A stretch of 64,000 nt of DNA, taken from assembly GCA_963674945.2 (NCBI GenBank), contig CAXXWQ010000003.1, forward strand, positions 1,536,001 through 1,600,000. The letters run 5' to 3'. The translations under genes and the position numbers were made by a program. The notes below the pieces were generated by a model, which saw only the letters and a list, made by a program, of their open reading frames with translations, was not told the origin of the DNA and searched no databases. This DNA comes from an uncultured Desulfosarcina sp. GTDB taxonomy: Bacteria; Desulfobacterota; Desulfobacteria; Desulfobacterales; Desulfosarcinaceae. Of this stretch, positions 1 to 9,375 are shown piece after piece. How positions within the stretch are numbered: position 1 is the first letter of the stretch; every line of letters begins with the position of its first letter.

Positions 1-522
1 GTCGGGAATGTTGAACTCCTTTCTCACCGTCTCATGATCGAACCCGTCCATGGGATGCGTTTCCAGCCCCAGGCTCGTTGCCGCATACATGAGACTCATG
101 GCAAAAAATCCGGCGTTTTTGGCGGCAAAGGCGATTTTGGCATCGGCGTTCCAGCCGTACAGGGACTTTGTTGCATTGATAAACCACTCCCGCTGTCCGG
201 TCTGCATGCTCCCGGCCGACAGCATCTGCTCCCAGTTTTTCTCTAATATGGGATGTCCCTCCCGATAACCGTCCTTATCGGCGAGGACGGCGAAAACAAC
301 GGGTGCCTCGGTGACCTTGGGCTGATTCCAGGCCAGTTGTTTCAACTTCTCTTTCTCTTCGGGGTCCCGAAACACCATGAGATTCCAGGGCTGCAGATTG
401 AAGCTGGAAGGTGTGTTGCTCGCCATTTCAACGATTTTCACCAGTGTTTCCTGGTCGACGTTTCGATCGGGATCGAAAAAATTGATGGCACGGCGTTTCT
501 GTGTGATTTCTTGAAAGTTCAT
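1..522 (-). CDS. Nitroreductase family protein (3' end runs off the window; absent from the ORF track)
   Basis: Manual translation from ATG 522: MNFQEITQKRRAINFFDP...NTPSSFNLQPW...AMSLMYAATSLGLETHPMDGFD, containing nitroreductase motifs RR.I..F, PS..N.QPW and GL.T.P..GFD. AGGAG RBS at 531-535. Confidence 0.9.
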   Translation of the reverse strand, partial: MNFQEITQKRRAINFFDPDRNVDQETLVKIVEMASNTPSSFNLQPWNLMVFRDPEEKEKLKQLAWNQPKVTEAPVVFAVLADKDGYREGHPILEKNWEQMLSAGSMQTGQREWFINATKSLYGWNADAKIAFAAKNAGFFAMSLMYAATSLGLETHPMDGFDHETVRKEFNIPD

Positions 523-533
523 CGTCGTAACTC

Positions 534-989
534 CTATTCTTTTGCGGCTCGACCCAGCTTTTTCAACAGCACGCTCAACGTGTTTTGCTCCTTTGGATCG
601 AGTATGGAAAATGTTTCGAATGCGATTTTTGCATGATCCGGAAAGATCCTCTCGATCAACCGGTGTCCGTGTTCCGTCAACGCAACGCTCACCTTGCGAC
701 GGTCCATGGGATCTCTTTCCCGTCGAACGAGTTCTCTTTTTTCCAGATTATCAATGACCATGGTGATATTGCCGCTGGTTTTTAATATCTTCCTGCCAAT
801 ATCCTTCTGACATAGCGGGCCGAGGTGATACAACGCCTCCAATACGCCGAACTGGCTGATGGAAAGACGGTGATCGTCCAAATGCCGGTGCATCATTTCG
901 GTAACCGCGCTGGTCGCACGCATGAGCTTTGTGTACAGCCGAAGGGTGTTCGCTTGTCTGTCCGGTATCTCGTTTGCCTTCATGATCAC
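534..989 (-). CDS. MarR family transcriptional regulator
   Basis: 151 aa winged helix: LSISQFGVLEAL...TSGNITMVIDNLEKRELVRR..DPMDRR..V.LT..G; immediately upstream of the nitroreductase. Confidence 0.93.
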   Translation of the reverse strand: MIMKANEIPDRQANTLRLYTKLMRATSAVTEMMHRHLDDHRLSISQFGVLEALYHLGPLCQKDIGRKILKTSGNITMVIDNLEKRELVRRERDPMDRRKVSVALTEHGHRLIERIFPDHAKIAFETFSILDPKEQNTLSVLLKKLGRAAKE

Positions 990-1000
990 CTCGCCGCCAT

Positions 1001-1020
1001 TTAGTTTAACGTTAAACTAA
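1001..1020. promoter_or_regulatory. Perfect 20-bp palindrome, probable MarR operator
   Basis: TTAGTTTAAC|GTTAAACTAA lies 11 bp upstream of the marR start; autoregulation through such palindromes is typical of MarR proteins. Confidence 0.75.
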
Positions 1021-1063
1021 TTAACGTGAAGCGAATGTCAACCCCCTTGGCGATCTGCGGCGT

Positions 1064-3682
1064 CTATTTGGCTTGCAGCGCATCGAAACGATTCTTTAGT
1101 TTATCTCGAAACCTTACCAGTTCCGCAGCCAATGGGTGGTCCTTCTGCGTGATGCGAAAAATGCCGGAAAGAGAACCGTCCATTGCGGCGATGAATCGAT
1201 TGCCCGTCTCAACCAGCTGGCTGCTTACGCCTTGCTTCTCCATCCGGGCGCAGATCCCGTAAAGCCCGTAGTAGGCGTCGTTGAAACGGATCAGAGTTTC
1301 TGCACACGCCGATCCGTATTCCCGGCACAAGACCCGCCACAGGGAAAGTTCGGGGTCATAGGCACCGGTATTCCAGAGGTAGTCCGCGACGGTGGCAAAT
1401 TTGATTTTATACATCTCGCTGGCGGCGAAAGCGTTGATGTAGATCTGCCGATGGTCGGACAAACGGTGAAAATCAGCCGGTCTGTATGTGTCATAGGGTT
1501 CGAAAAGGTTACACATCCGGACCTTGCCGGGATAGTAGGTCGTATACCCCCCGTAGCGTTTCGTCTCGACGTTTCTCGCGTACAAGGTGTTGTCCCAGAG
1601 CATGGGCCATCTGCCGATGTGGGATCGGAATCGATGAAGGTCCGCCATATCGATGGACAGGGACCGGATGGTGGGTCCCGTCCAGATGATGGCAACATCT
1701 TCGGGGATCTGAAACGACAGCTCCCGCAAGTATTGCTCGGCCTTGCCTTCGCTTTTGTCGATGTGTTCGTTGGAATACCATGGCGGGCAAAATTCCAGGC
1801 CGGTCCCCGGGTAATTGGTGTCCAGCCATTTTTTCAGTTTGTTGATGACGTGTGCCTGTGCATTTTGAAGATTGACAAACCGTTTCTCATCCTCCGCGGT
1901 ATAGAGGCTGTAGTTTTGACGGTTCGCCCCTTTGTAAGGTACGAAATCGTCGGATAGAAGCAGCACCGTTTTGGCACCGGCATCCAGGCCGATCCGCAAA
2001 ACCGTCTGGAGCATCTCGAAACTCTCGGGACGCCCATGGGTCCAGGTGGTTCGCAATCTGTCGTCGAGTTCTTCCACGGAACGTTCCGTGGCAAAATGAA
2101 CGTAGGGATGCACCGTCACGGCAAGTTCCAGCACGCCGGTATCACCCAGCAACCGTCCCGCCCGCGTCAGTCCGTTCCGATACATCTCGTCCGGCTGATA
2201 CCACGCTGCGTTTTGCCGATCATACCCGAAATAGACCTTGTTTATCTTTTGAAGACTCATCTGCTCGACGGTATCGAGGTCGCGTTGAAGTTGTTTCTCA
2301 TTGGTCCAATTCAGAAACAAATAGGGGCGGCCCAGAAAATCCGGGTAGTCGACGATGGCCACATCATGGTAAACGAAATCGTCTTTTTCGAAAAGCTGTA
2401 TGGCGGTGGCGGCGGCATAGTAGGTTGCGATGGGCGTTTCACCCATCAGGAAGACCACATGCCCGTTTGTAAACCGTGTCGAATCGATGATGTATCCTTG
2501 TGGTTGATCATGAATGGCGTTCAAGGGCAGGTCCGGCCCGAGTTCGCGGTAAAGTCGATTATTTCCGATGCTCATGACAAAACCGGCCGTATCGATCTTG
2601 GAAAAAGAAAAATTGTCTTCCAGGATGTCGACACGAAAGCCGTCTTCGTTCATCTTTGTCCCGGCACGATTCAATCGGTCTTCGATTTTTTCTTTGAGAA
2701 CCTTCGCTGCCAATCGCTCTGCAGGGGCGGGATTTTTGGGAAGAACGATGATCGGCAGGTGTAAAGGATCACGGGTTTTGTCATAGTAGACGATATCCCC
2801 CTTTCGCCCAAGGGATTTGGGAGTTGGCGTAATGCGTTGCGCCAGGGTAAGCCTGCGCCCGAAATAGGGGGAAAAGCGCTCCAGCGTGGTAAAATTCCAT
2901 TTGGAATAACCGAAGTAGACCCGATCCAAAAATAGGGCACCGGTGCCCTTCAGTCCGAAAAAGAGACGAACGTATCTCGCCCTGTCCGGAATGTCACCTT
3001 CGGAGAAGGGATAGTTGTAGGTTCTTCCCCGCACCGTTCCCCATGGAAAATCATCGATTCGCCAATAGTTGGAAAAGGAAAATCCCTTGTCCGAATTGTC
3101 GATGGGGCCATCACCGATGGGATTTTTATACCCGGGGTCGACGGGATCCTTGTTCTCATCGAAAAACAGGACCCGGACGACGATGGCGTCGTAGAGCCGT
3201 AGCCCCAGTCGATCCCGATTGTTTTTCACGTTTTGCAGTCGGATGTCGTAGAAAAAATCGTAGTTTCCCGGAATCACGGGGATGTAATCTGTGATGAGCC
3301 CTTCGGCGGCGGCCATTTCCGATGCCCTATTCCTGACGATGGCCACGCAGCGGCTGCCCCAGGTTTCCGCCTTCATCGCTTCTTGATCCGATCCATGTTT
3401 CATCCAATGGATGTTTTGGTGGTTGTTTTCACCGACCTTCTCCCATCCGGTCAAGGCAAAGTCTTTTTCCGAACCTTCGCCGAAAACCTCCCCCTGTTCG
3501 AATGAAAAATTGGGAACGATATTTCCCCTTTTAAATTGGCGCAGCCTTGTTTCATACGGTATGGTGGACGGATCCGAAGCAGACCATGAGACCGTCTCGT
3601 CCACATTTTGCGGTGCCTGGATTCCGGCACATCCAAGGAAGAAAAGAAGCAAGCACAACAGGGGCAATAAAAGAGTCCTCAT
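1064..3682 (-). CDS. Lipoprotein with a GH84-like (beta-N-acetylglucosaminidase) catalytic domain preceded by a GH20b-like domain
   Basis: Lipobox LLFFLG-C. GH84-like motifs in the expected order: LLSDDF, FCPPWY, IWTGP, LWDN, ADYLWN..YDPE. The QGY.I...Y.AA.T..QL...I.DYPDF segment resembles GH20 domain 2. Confidence 0.65.
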   Translation of the reverse strand: MRTLLLPLLCLLLFFLGCAGIQAPQNVDETVSWSASDPSTIPYETRLRQFKRGNIVPNFSFEQGEVFGEGSEKDFALTGWEKVGENNHQNIHWMKHGSDQEAMKAETWGSRCVAIVRNRASEMAAAEGLITDYIPVIPGNYDFFYDIRLQNVKNNRDRLGLRLYDAIVVRVLFFDENKDPVDPGYKNPIGDGPIDNSDKGFSFSNYWRIDDFPWGTVRGRTYNYPFSEGDIPDRARYVRLFFGLKGTGALFLDRVYFGYSKWNFTTLERFSPYFGRRLTLAQRITPTPKSLGRKGDIVYYDKTRDPLHLPIIVLPKNPAPAERLAAKVLKEKIEDRLNRAGTKMNEDGFRVDILEDNFSFSKIDTAGFVMSIGNNRLYRELGPDLPLNAIHDQPQGYIIDSTRFTNGHVVFLMGETPIATYYAAATAIQLFEKDDFVYHDVAIVDYPDFLGRPYLFLNWTNEKQLQRDLDTVEQMSLQKINKVYFGYDRQNAAWYQPDEMYRNGLTRAGRLLGDTGVLELAVTVHPYVHFATERSVEELDDRLRTTWTHGRPESFEMLQTVLRIGLDAGAKTVLLLSDDFVPYKGANRQNYSLYTAEDEKRFVNLQNAQAHVINKLKKWLDTNYPGTGLEFCPPWYSNEHIDKSEGKAEQYLRELSFQIPEDVAIIWTGPTIRSLSIDMADLHRFRSHIGRWPMLWDNTLYARNVETKRYGGYTTYYPGKVRMCNLFEPYDTYRPADFHRLSDHRQIYINAFAASEMYKIKFATVADYLWNTGAYDPELSLWRVLCREYGSACAETLIRFNDAYYGLYGICARMEKQGVSSQLVETGNRFIAAMDGSLSGIFRITQKDHPLAAELVRFRDKLKNRFDALQAK

Positions 3683-3940
3683 GTGGTTATCCTGTTTTTT
3701 TGTAATACTGTTGTGTCATCTCCGGCCTGGAAACGCTTTTTACCATGAACACGCAGCGCTTCCAATACGTATTCCAGGATAAAACGGCCATCCCCTTGAA
3801 AATCTTTACCGAATCTTTACTTTACCGTTACGCATGCCTTACCCGGGTATTGTACCATCTGTCCAGGAAAGCGGAAAGCCCGGACAGATCCCAAAAGCGT
3901 GTCCATCCCAAAAACCATACGGACACACAGGAGGTGCGTA

Positions 3941-5074
3941 ATGAGAAAGACGATAATCGCAGCATTGGTTCTGGCGGCGGTGATTTTCGGATACCGGCAG
4001 GTCAGAAGCATGGACGATAAAATGGAGAAGCCCATGAACAATATGAGTGTCAACACAAAGACCGCCGTATTCGCCGGTGGCTGTTTCTGGTGCACGGAAT
4101 CGGATTTCGAAAAGGTGGACGGTGTCATCGAAGCCGTATCCGGATACACCGGCGGAAAAATCGATCATCCCACCTATAAGCAGGTCTCTGCCGGAGGCAC
4201 CGGTCACGTGGAAGCCATCCGGGTGGTCTACGACCCGGACAAGATCACCTACCCCGAGCTTTTGGAGGTGTTCTGGCGCCATGTGGATCCCACCGATGCC
4301 GGCGGCCAGTTCGTCGACCGGGGTAACCAATACCGCAGTGCCATCTTTTACGCCAACGAAGAGGAGCGAAAGATGGCCGAGGCCTCCAAGCGGGCACTGG
4401 CCGAATCGGGTGTGTTTGATCGCCCCATCGTGACCGAAATCCTACCCCTGGGGCCCTTCTTCGACGCCGAAGAATACCACCAGGATTATTACGAGAAGAA
4501 CCCGATCCGATACAAGTGGTACCGGTCCGGTTCCGGCCGTGACCGTTTTCTCTCGAATACCTGGGAAGGTGTGGAAACGATGATCGCGATGAATTCAATG
4601 GAAAAGACAATGGCAGGCGAGGCGAAAAAGATGAACTACACCATCCCCTCCGATGAAGAGCTGAAACATCGGCTCACGGAGATGCAGTATCGCGTGACCC
4701 GGGAGAACGGCACCGAACCGCCCTTTAACAACGATTTCTGGGACAACCACGAATCGGGAATCTACGTGGACATCGTCTCCGGCGAACCACTTTTCAGCTC
4801 GGCCGACAAGTTCGATTCGGGAACCGGTTGGCCCAGTTTCACCCAGCCTTTGGAGCCGGCGAACATCGTGGAAAATACAGACCGCAGTCTCTTCATGGTC
4901 CGTATGGAGGTTCGCAGCAAACATGCCGACTCCCACCTGGGCCATGTCTTCGACGACGGCCCCGCTCCCACGGGCCTGCGCTACTGCATCAATTCGGCAG
5001 CCCTTGCATTCATCCCCGTCGCCGATCTGGAGGCGAAGGGGTATGGACGTTACCGATCACTTTTCGAGAAGTGA
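3941..5074 (+). CDS. msrAB: Peptide methionine sulfoxide reductase MsrA/MsrB fusion with N-terminal signal or anchor
   Basis: MsrA motifs [20 protein letters not shown]; MsrB motifs [35 protein letters not shown] precedes ATG 3941. Confidence 0.96.
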   Translation: MRKTIIAALVLAAVIFGYRQVRSMDDKMEKPMNNMSVNTKTAVFAGGCFWCTESDFEKVDGVIEAVSGYTGGKIDHPTYKQVSAGGTGHVEAIRVVYDPDKITYPELLEVFWRHVDPTDAGGQFVDRGNQYRSAIFYANEEERKMAEASKRALAESGVFDRPIVTEILPLGPFFDAEEYHQDYYEKNPIRYKWYRSGSGRDRFLSNTWEGVETMIAMNSMEKTMAGEAKKMNYTIPSDEELKHRLTEMQYRVTRENGTEPPFNNDFWDNHESGIYVDIVSGEPLFSSADKFDSGTGWPSFTQPLEPANIVENTDRSLFMVRMEVRSKHADSHLGHVFDDGPAPTGLRYCINSAALAFIPVADLEAKGYGRYRSLFEK

Positions 5075-5083
5075 TCGGTAACG
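5048..5083. terminator. Perfect 15-bp stem-loop spanning the msrAB stop codon
   Basis: CGTTACCGATCACTT-ttcgag-AAGTGATCGGTAACG between convergent genes; no U-tract, so a terminator role is uncertain. Confidence 0.45.
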
Positions 5084-5163
5084 GTTGTCGGTTCACGGTT
5101 CAAGGTTCAAGGTTCAAGGTTCTCGGTTAACTGGGAACTGAGAACTGAGAACTGAGAACCGAT
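5083..5163. repeat. Two opposed heptamer tandem arrays
   Basis: Seven GGTTCAA-like units (5083-5131) followed by five AACTGAG-like units (5129-5163), which read AGTTCTC on the minus strand. Confidence 0.9.
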
Positions 5164-8015
5164 TTCGCCACAATCTCAATAGGATGGCAAACCGGTCGAT
5201 CTCCCAGAAGATCGAGCTGCATTTCGCAGGTGGGACAATCGGTAGCGGCCATTGTCGCATCGGATCGCTCCACCAGGTCCATGAGATGGCTGCCGATGGT
5301 CCGGCTCAGGCCATCGTTTTTGGCGGCCATGCCCCAGGCGCCGGCCATGCCGCAGCAATGGCTGTTGAGCCGGTGTACCGTCAACTGCGGTATTCCTTCC
5401 AGCATGGCCGCGGAACTCATGGGATCCGTCTGCACCTTGAGGTGACAGGGCAAATGATAGGCAACGCTGCCGTTCACCGGCCCGCACGCCAACCGATCCA
5501 TCAATGGACCGATCAGCCGGCTGGCGTGAATCATCTTTTCGGCCACCAGATGGATTCGGGGTTCGTCCAACAGATAACGCCACTCCTCGGCCAGGGCCAG
5601 TCCGCAGGAAGAGCAGGTCACCACGATGTGATCCACCCGATCCAATAGATACTGCCACCGCTTAAGGTTACGGCGCACCTTTTCACGGGCCTGACCGGCC
5701 ATTCCCTTGGTAAGCAGGGGAAGCCCGCAGCAGTGCTGGGGAGGCAGGTGGACGGTAATATCCAATCGTCGTAAGGTTTTTATGAGCGCCTGGCCGATGG
5801 CCGGCCGCATGTAGCCGGCGTAGCAGCCGGCAAAGTAGAGAACTTGTCTTTTGCCGCCTTTGTTTTCGGGTTGCACCCTTTCGTACAAGGAACGCCGGGC
5901 CACGTTGACGGTGGGCCCCCGATGACTGAGGCCGGTTACCAGTTCCCCGGCCTTTCGGGAAAAAGAGAGATCCATCAGCGGTTGGAGCCGGCCGGACAGC
6001 CGGCCGCCGTACCGCCCTAATATCTCCACGCCGGTGACAAGACGGCTGTGCAAGGACGGACCAAAGCGCTCCACGTACCGTGCCCTTGCCTCCAGGGCCA
6101 TCTTGGGGATGTCCACGTTGGAGGGACACTCGATGCGGCAACTGCCGCAGTTCACACACTGGTCCATGACCCGTTGGAATGATTTTTCATAGAGGGCCGC
6201 GTCGTTCACTGCGCCACTGATCAGAGCCCGAAGCAGGTTTGCCTTGGCTTTGGGAGCCGCTTCCTCCCTGCGGGTAAATTTGTAGATGGGACACATGCGG
6301 GTTGCCGTGGTAACCGTGGTGCATTTGGTGCATCCGTGGCACATTTCGATCTCTTCGTGCCAGCCGTCGGGCCAGCAAAGCTGCGGACGCGCCCATTCCA
6401 CGGTTCGATATTCCTCGCCATACCGAAGATGGTGTGCCATCTGATCCGGCGTGGACCGGGTCTTGATTTCCGGATTCATCATGTTGTGGGCGTCGAAAAG
6501 TTCCTTTACCCTTAGAAAAAGCGGATAAAGCGTCGGATACTGACGCTCGATGTAGGTGCTGCGAAGCCGGCCGTCGCCATGTTCGCCGGAGACTACCCCG
6601 CCCAGGCCGGTTACCAGGTGGAACACATCGTCCGCGATGGGCCGCATCCGTTTCACGTCCGCCGGGTCCTTGAGGTCGAGCAGGGGGCGGCTGTGCAAAA
6701 GGCCCTTTGCGATGTGACCGTAAAGCACGAATTGGACCCCGTGCCGATGGAAAAGATCGTAAAGGCCGGAAAAGTATTCCACCAGCCGGTCCGTGGGAAC
6801 AACGGCGTCCTCTACGAGGGCCAGGATTTTCTTTTTTCCCTTACGTCTATAGAGAATGGGAACGGCTGCCTTTCGAACGGCCCAGAACCGGTCCTTCTCC
6901 TTTTGAGAGACGGCCAGGTGCGCTTGTTTACACAGCCCCTTTTCAAGGAGCATGGAACGTGCCGACAGGCCTTTGGCAGTGGTCTTCTGCGTATCGTCTC
7001 CGTCGAATTCCACCATCAACACATTGTCGATCCCGTCGGGAATGTTTGCGGCGAGCAGGGGATCACTGGATCGGGCCAATGCCAGCAGGGATTTGTCCAT
7101 CACCTCGATACCCGCCGGTTCCATGGGCAGTATGGATTGAACGGCCAGGGCCGCCTTTTCGATACTGTGGAAAAAGGCTACCACCAGACTGTCGGAGACC
7201 GGTCGATCCAGCAGACGAAAGGTGAGCCGGGTGGCGATGCCCAGGGTGCCCTCTGCGCCGCAGAAAAGCCTTTCCAGCCGAAGCCGACCATCATCGACCA
7301 TTTTCCGCAGGTTGTAACCGGCCACATTATTCCGGACCCTGGGATAGGTGGTTTCGATGATCTCCTGGTACGCCATATATAGATCGGCCAATGCGGCAAG
7401 CCGTGCGGGCAGGCCATCCAAGGGTGTATTTCCCACCTGGCCGAAGCTGATCACCCGCCCGGTGGAGAGCACCACCCTGGCATCGATCAAATAGTCGGAG
7501 ACATTTCCATATTTAACCGAATGTGCCCCCGAGGCATTGGTGGACACCATTCCGCCGAAGCTGGCATACTCCCCGCTGGAGGGGTCCGGCGGGAAGAAGA
7601 GACCGGTGCCGGAAAGGGCCTGGTCCAGTTCCCCGAGCCGGTAACCGGGGTCGCAGGTAAACGTTTTGGCGCCGATATCGAGATCGATGAGCCGGTTCAT
7701 GTACCGGGTAAAATCGACGACGATCCCGGTGCCCAAAGCCGACCCGCACAGGCCGCTGCCTGCGCCGCGCGGATGAAGGGAGAGGTCGTGTTTGCCTGCA
7801 AATCGGACCGTTTCCACCACATCCGCCGTGGTTTTCGGATAGACCACGGCCACAGGTCGCCGGTAGAAAATACTGGCATCGGTCGCCAGTTGAATGCAAT
7901 CCAGGTCATCTTGCATGACATCGCCGGCGATGCGGTCCGCCAGATTGTCCCAATGGATCATTCTCATATGAAGCGAGCCTCTTCTTCCCATAACGACATC
8001 GTCTTTCGCTTCCAC
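5127..8015 (-). CDS. FAD-binding and (Fe-S)-binding oxidoreductase (GlcD/GlpC-type fusion, YdiJ/D-2-hydroxyacid dehydrogenase-like); start may be 7967
   Basis: PRGAGSGLCG, FPPDPSS, GAEGTLG, SGEHGDG, two ferredoxin Cys motifs (CHGCTKC, CVNCGSCRIECP) and two CCG domains. Confidence 0.9.
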   Translation of the reverse strand: MEAKDDVVMGRRGSLHMRMIHWDNLADRIAGDVMQDDLDCIQLATDASIFYRRPVAVVYPKTTADVVETVRFAGKHDLSLHPRGAGSGLCGSALGTGIVVDFTRYMNRLIDLDIGAKTFTCDPGYRLGELDQALSGTGLFFPPDPSSGEYASFGGMVSTNASGAHSVKYGNVSDYLIDARVVLSTGRVISFGQVGNTPLDGLPARLAALADLYMAYQEIIETTYPRVRNNVAGYNLRKMVDDGRLRLERLFCGAEGTLGIATRLTFRLLDRPVSDSLVVAFFHSIEKAALAVQSILPMEPAGIEVMDKSLLALARSSDPLLAANIPDGIDNVLMVEFDGDDTQKTTAKGLSARSMLLEKGLCKQAHLAVSQKEKDRFWAVRKAAVPILYRRKGKKKILALVEDAVVPTDRLVEYFSGLYDLFHRHGVQFVLYGHIAKGLLHSRPLLDLKDPADVKRMRPIADDVFHLVTGLGGVVSGEHGDGRLRSTYIERQYPTLYPLFLRVKELFDAHNMMNPEIKTRSTPDQMAHHLRYGEEYRTVEWARPQLCWPDGWHEEIEMCHGCTKCTTVTTATRMCPIYKFTRREEAAPKAKANLLRALISGAVNDAALYEKSFQRVMDQCVNCGSCRIECPSNVDIPKMALEARARYVERFGPSLHSRLVTGVEILGRYGGRLSGRLQPLMDLSFSRKAGELVTGLSHRGPTVNVARRSLYERVQPENKGGKRQVLYFAGCYAGYMRPAIGQALIKTLRRLDITVHLPPQHCCGLPLLTKGMAGQAREKVRRNLKRWQYLLDRVDHIVVTCSSCGLALAEEWRYLLDEPRIHLVAEKMIHASRLIGPLMDRLACGPVNGSVAYHLPCHLKVQTDPMSSAAMLEGIPQLTVHRLNSHCCGMAGAWGMAAKNDGLSRTIGSHLMDLVERSDATMAATDCPTCEMQLDLLGDRPVCHPIEIVAKSVLSSQFSVPS

Positions 8016-8019
8016 CTAT

Positions 8020-8159
8020 TGTTCGTCCAGAAATAGGAAAATTTGGTCGAGATCAAGGCGCACGAAAAATTTTACCACAGGCATATAGTTGATATTCCGA
8101 GGATAAAATTTTTCGCGCAACGCCGATATCGGGCAAATTGGCCATTTCTGGATGGGCAC
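8020..8159. repeat. About 140-nt palindromic intergenic element, copy A (MITE/REP-like or structured RNA)
   Basis: Terminal IR TCCAGAAAT/ATTTCTGGA, internal IR AAAAATTTTA/TAAAATTTTT; related sequences at 10254, 11648 and 36192. Confidence 0.8.
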
Positions 8160-8171
8160 GACCCAAGATAA

Positions 8172-8220
8172 GCGATTCGCTTTCAGCTGTAAGCTATTAG
8201 CTTTGAGCCTTCAGCTTTCA
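8172..8220 (+). repeat. Degenerate heptamer tandem array (GCTTTCA consensus, 7 units)
   Basis: gcgattc gctttca gctgtaa gctatta gctttga gccttca gctttca. Confidence 0.8.
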
Positions 8221-8458
8221 ACTTTTCTATACGCTTTTATCCGTCGCTTGTTAAGAGGCAACCCATCGGAACCTTCCGTAAAACGCTTTTCCAGGCCACA
8301 CATGGCCAGTCAATCGCTTGCAAGAAACTCGTTTTATTTGCTTTGCCAATCGGCTTTAAAATTAAGGAAAAGCATTAATAAGAGTATGTTATAAATCATT
8401 TTAACAAACGCGTTTCTTGGAAGAACCGACGGGCATGGATAGCCCGAACTATTAAATG

Positions 8459-8487
8459 TAATAACTATAATTTCTATAATAACTATA
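8459..8487 (+). promoter_or_regulatory. 9-bp-period direct repeats in the AT-rich region upstream of the hdr/metF operon
   Basis: ATAACTATA ATTTCTATA ATAACTATA at 8461-8487; TAATAACTATA occurs twice, 18 bp apart. Confidence 0.4.
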
Positions 8488-8777
8488 CTTATATTCATGT
8501 TTTATATTCAGTTTTTACATTTTTTATCATTTTTTCATTTTTTTATTGACAGCGATTTGCCTTCGTGATTTGGTTACATCAACAGTCAGTAGAAGCGGTG
8601 TGATTCGATCATCTTGCCACCGCCGTACCACGCCAAGCGAAACACGCATCATCTCATTGTCAAAGCTCCTGCGCGCGAACCCCGCGATCCTCTCGAATTG
8701 TATTCCGGCACCCTTTTGAATCCGCCCGGGGTCCAGGACATTTGTAAACCATACCCGATTGAAGGAGGGATTGGACA

Positions 8778-9350
8778 ATGGAGGACACACTCACCGTATT
8801 TAAGGCAAGCAAGTACTGCAATGTCTCTTCGAAAACCATCATCAACTGGATCGAGGCCGGACACATCAAGGCCTACAAAACCGTCGGCGGGCATCGTCGC
8901 ATCAAACGGGATGACATGGAGGCCTTCATGAAACGCCAGGGCATCCCCATTCCGGAAACGGAAATCGCCGATGAACGAAAGCGGATCCTGGTGGTGGACG
9001 ACGATCCCATTATCGTCGAGACCATCGTGCAGGCACTGGAGGAAGATGAATTCGACTACGAAGTGATCAGCGCCTCCGATGGATTCGAAGCCGGATTGCA
9101 GGTCAATCACTTCCACCCCCACCTGATGCTTCTGGACATCATGATGCCCGACATCAAGGGGAATGAGGTGTGCAGAAAGATCAAATCCAACGAAGACACC
9201 AAGGATACGAAAATCATCGTCCTGTCCGCCTACCTGGATGAGGAGAAGTTCAAGGAGATGAAAGAACACGGCGCCGATGTATGCTTCTCCAAGCCGTTGC
9301 CCCTGCCTCAACTCAAAGATGAGGTAGCCCGACTGCTGGACCTCAAATAG
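8778..9350 (+). CDS. Response regulator with N-terminal excisionase-like (Xis/MerR-type) HTH and C-terminal receiver domain
   Basis: LTVFKASKYCNVSSKTIINWIEAG.I.AYKT.GGHRRI; receiver motifs VVDDD, LLDIMMP, FSKP. AGGAGG RBS. Confidence 0.92.
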   Translation: MEDTLTVFKASKYCNVSSKTIINWIEAGHIKAYKTVGGHRRIKRDDMEAFMKRQGIPIPETEIADERKRILVVDDDPIIVETIVQALEEDEFDYEVISASDGFEAGLQVNHFHPHLMLLDIMMPDIKGNEVCRKIKSNEDTKDTKIIVLSAYLDEEKFKEMKEHGADVCFSKPLPLPQLKDEVARLLDLK

Positions 9351-9375
9351 GTTTTACCAAGTAAGGAGGCATAGC

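Noticed and set aside
5083..5163. Possible CRISPR array
   Set aside because: Contiguous 7-nt units without spacers, and no cas genes in the window.
8560..8777. SAM or THF riboswitch in the leader of the metF-like operon
   Set aside because: Some short hairpins are present but no recognisable SAM-I or THF consensus.
8778..8950. Prophage or ICE excisionase
   Set aside because: The Xis-like HTH is fused to a receiver domain, and there is no integrase, att site or phage gene nearby.
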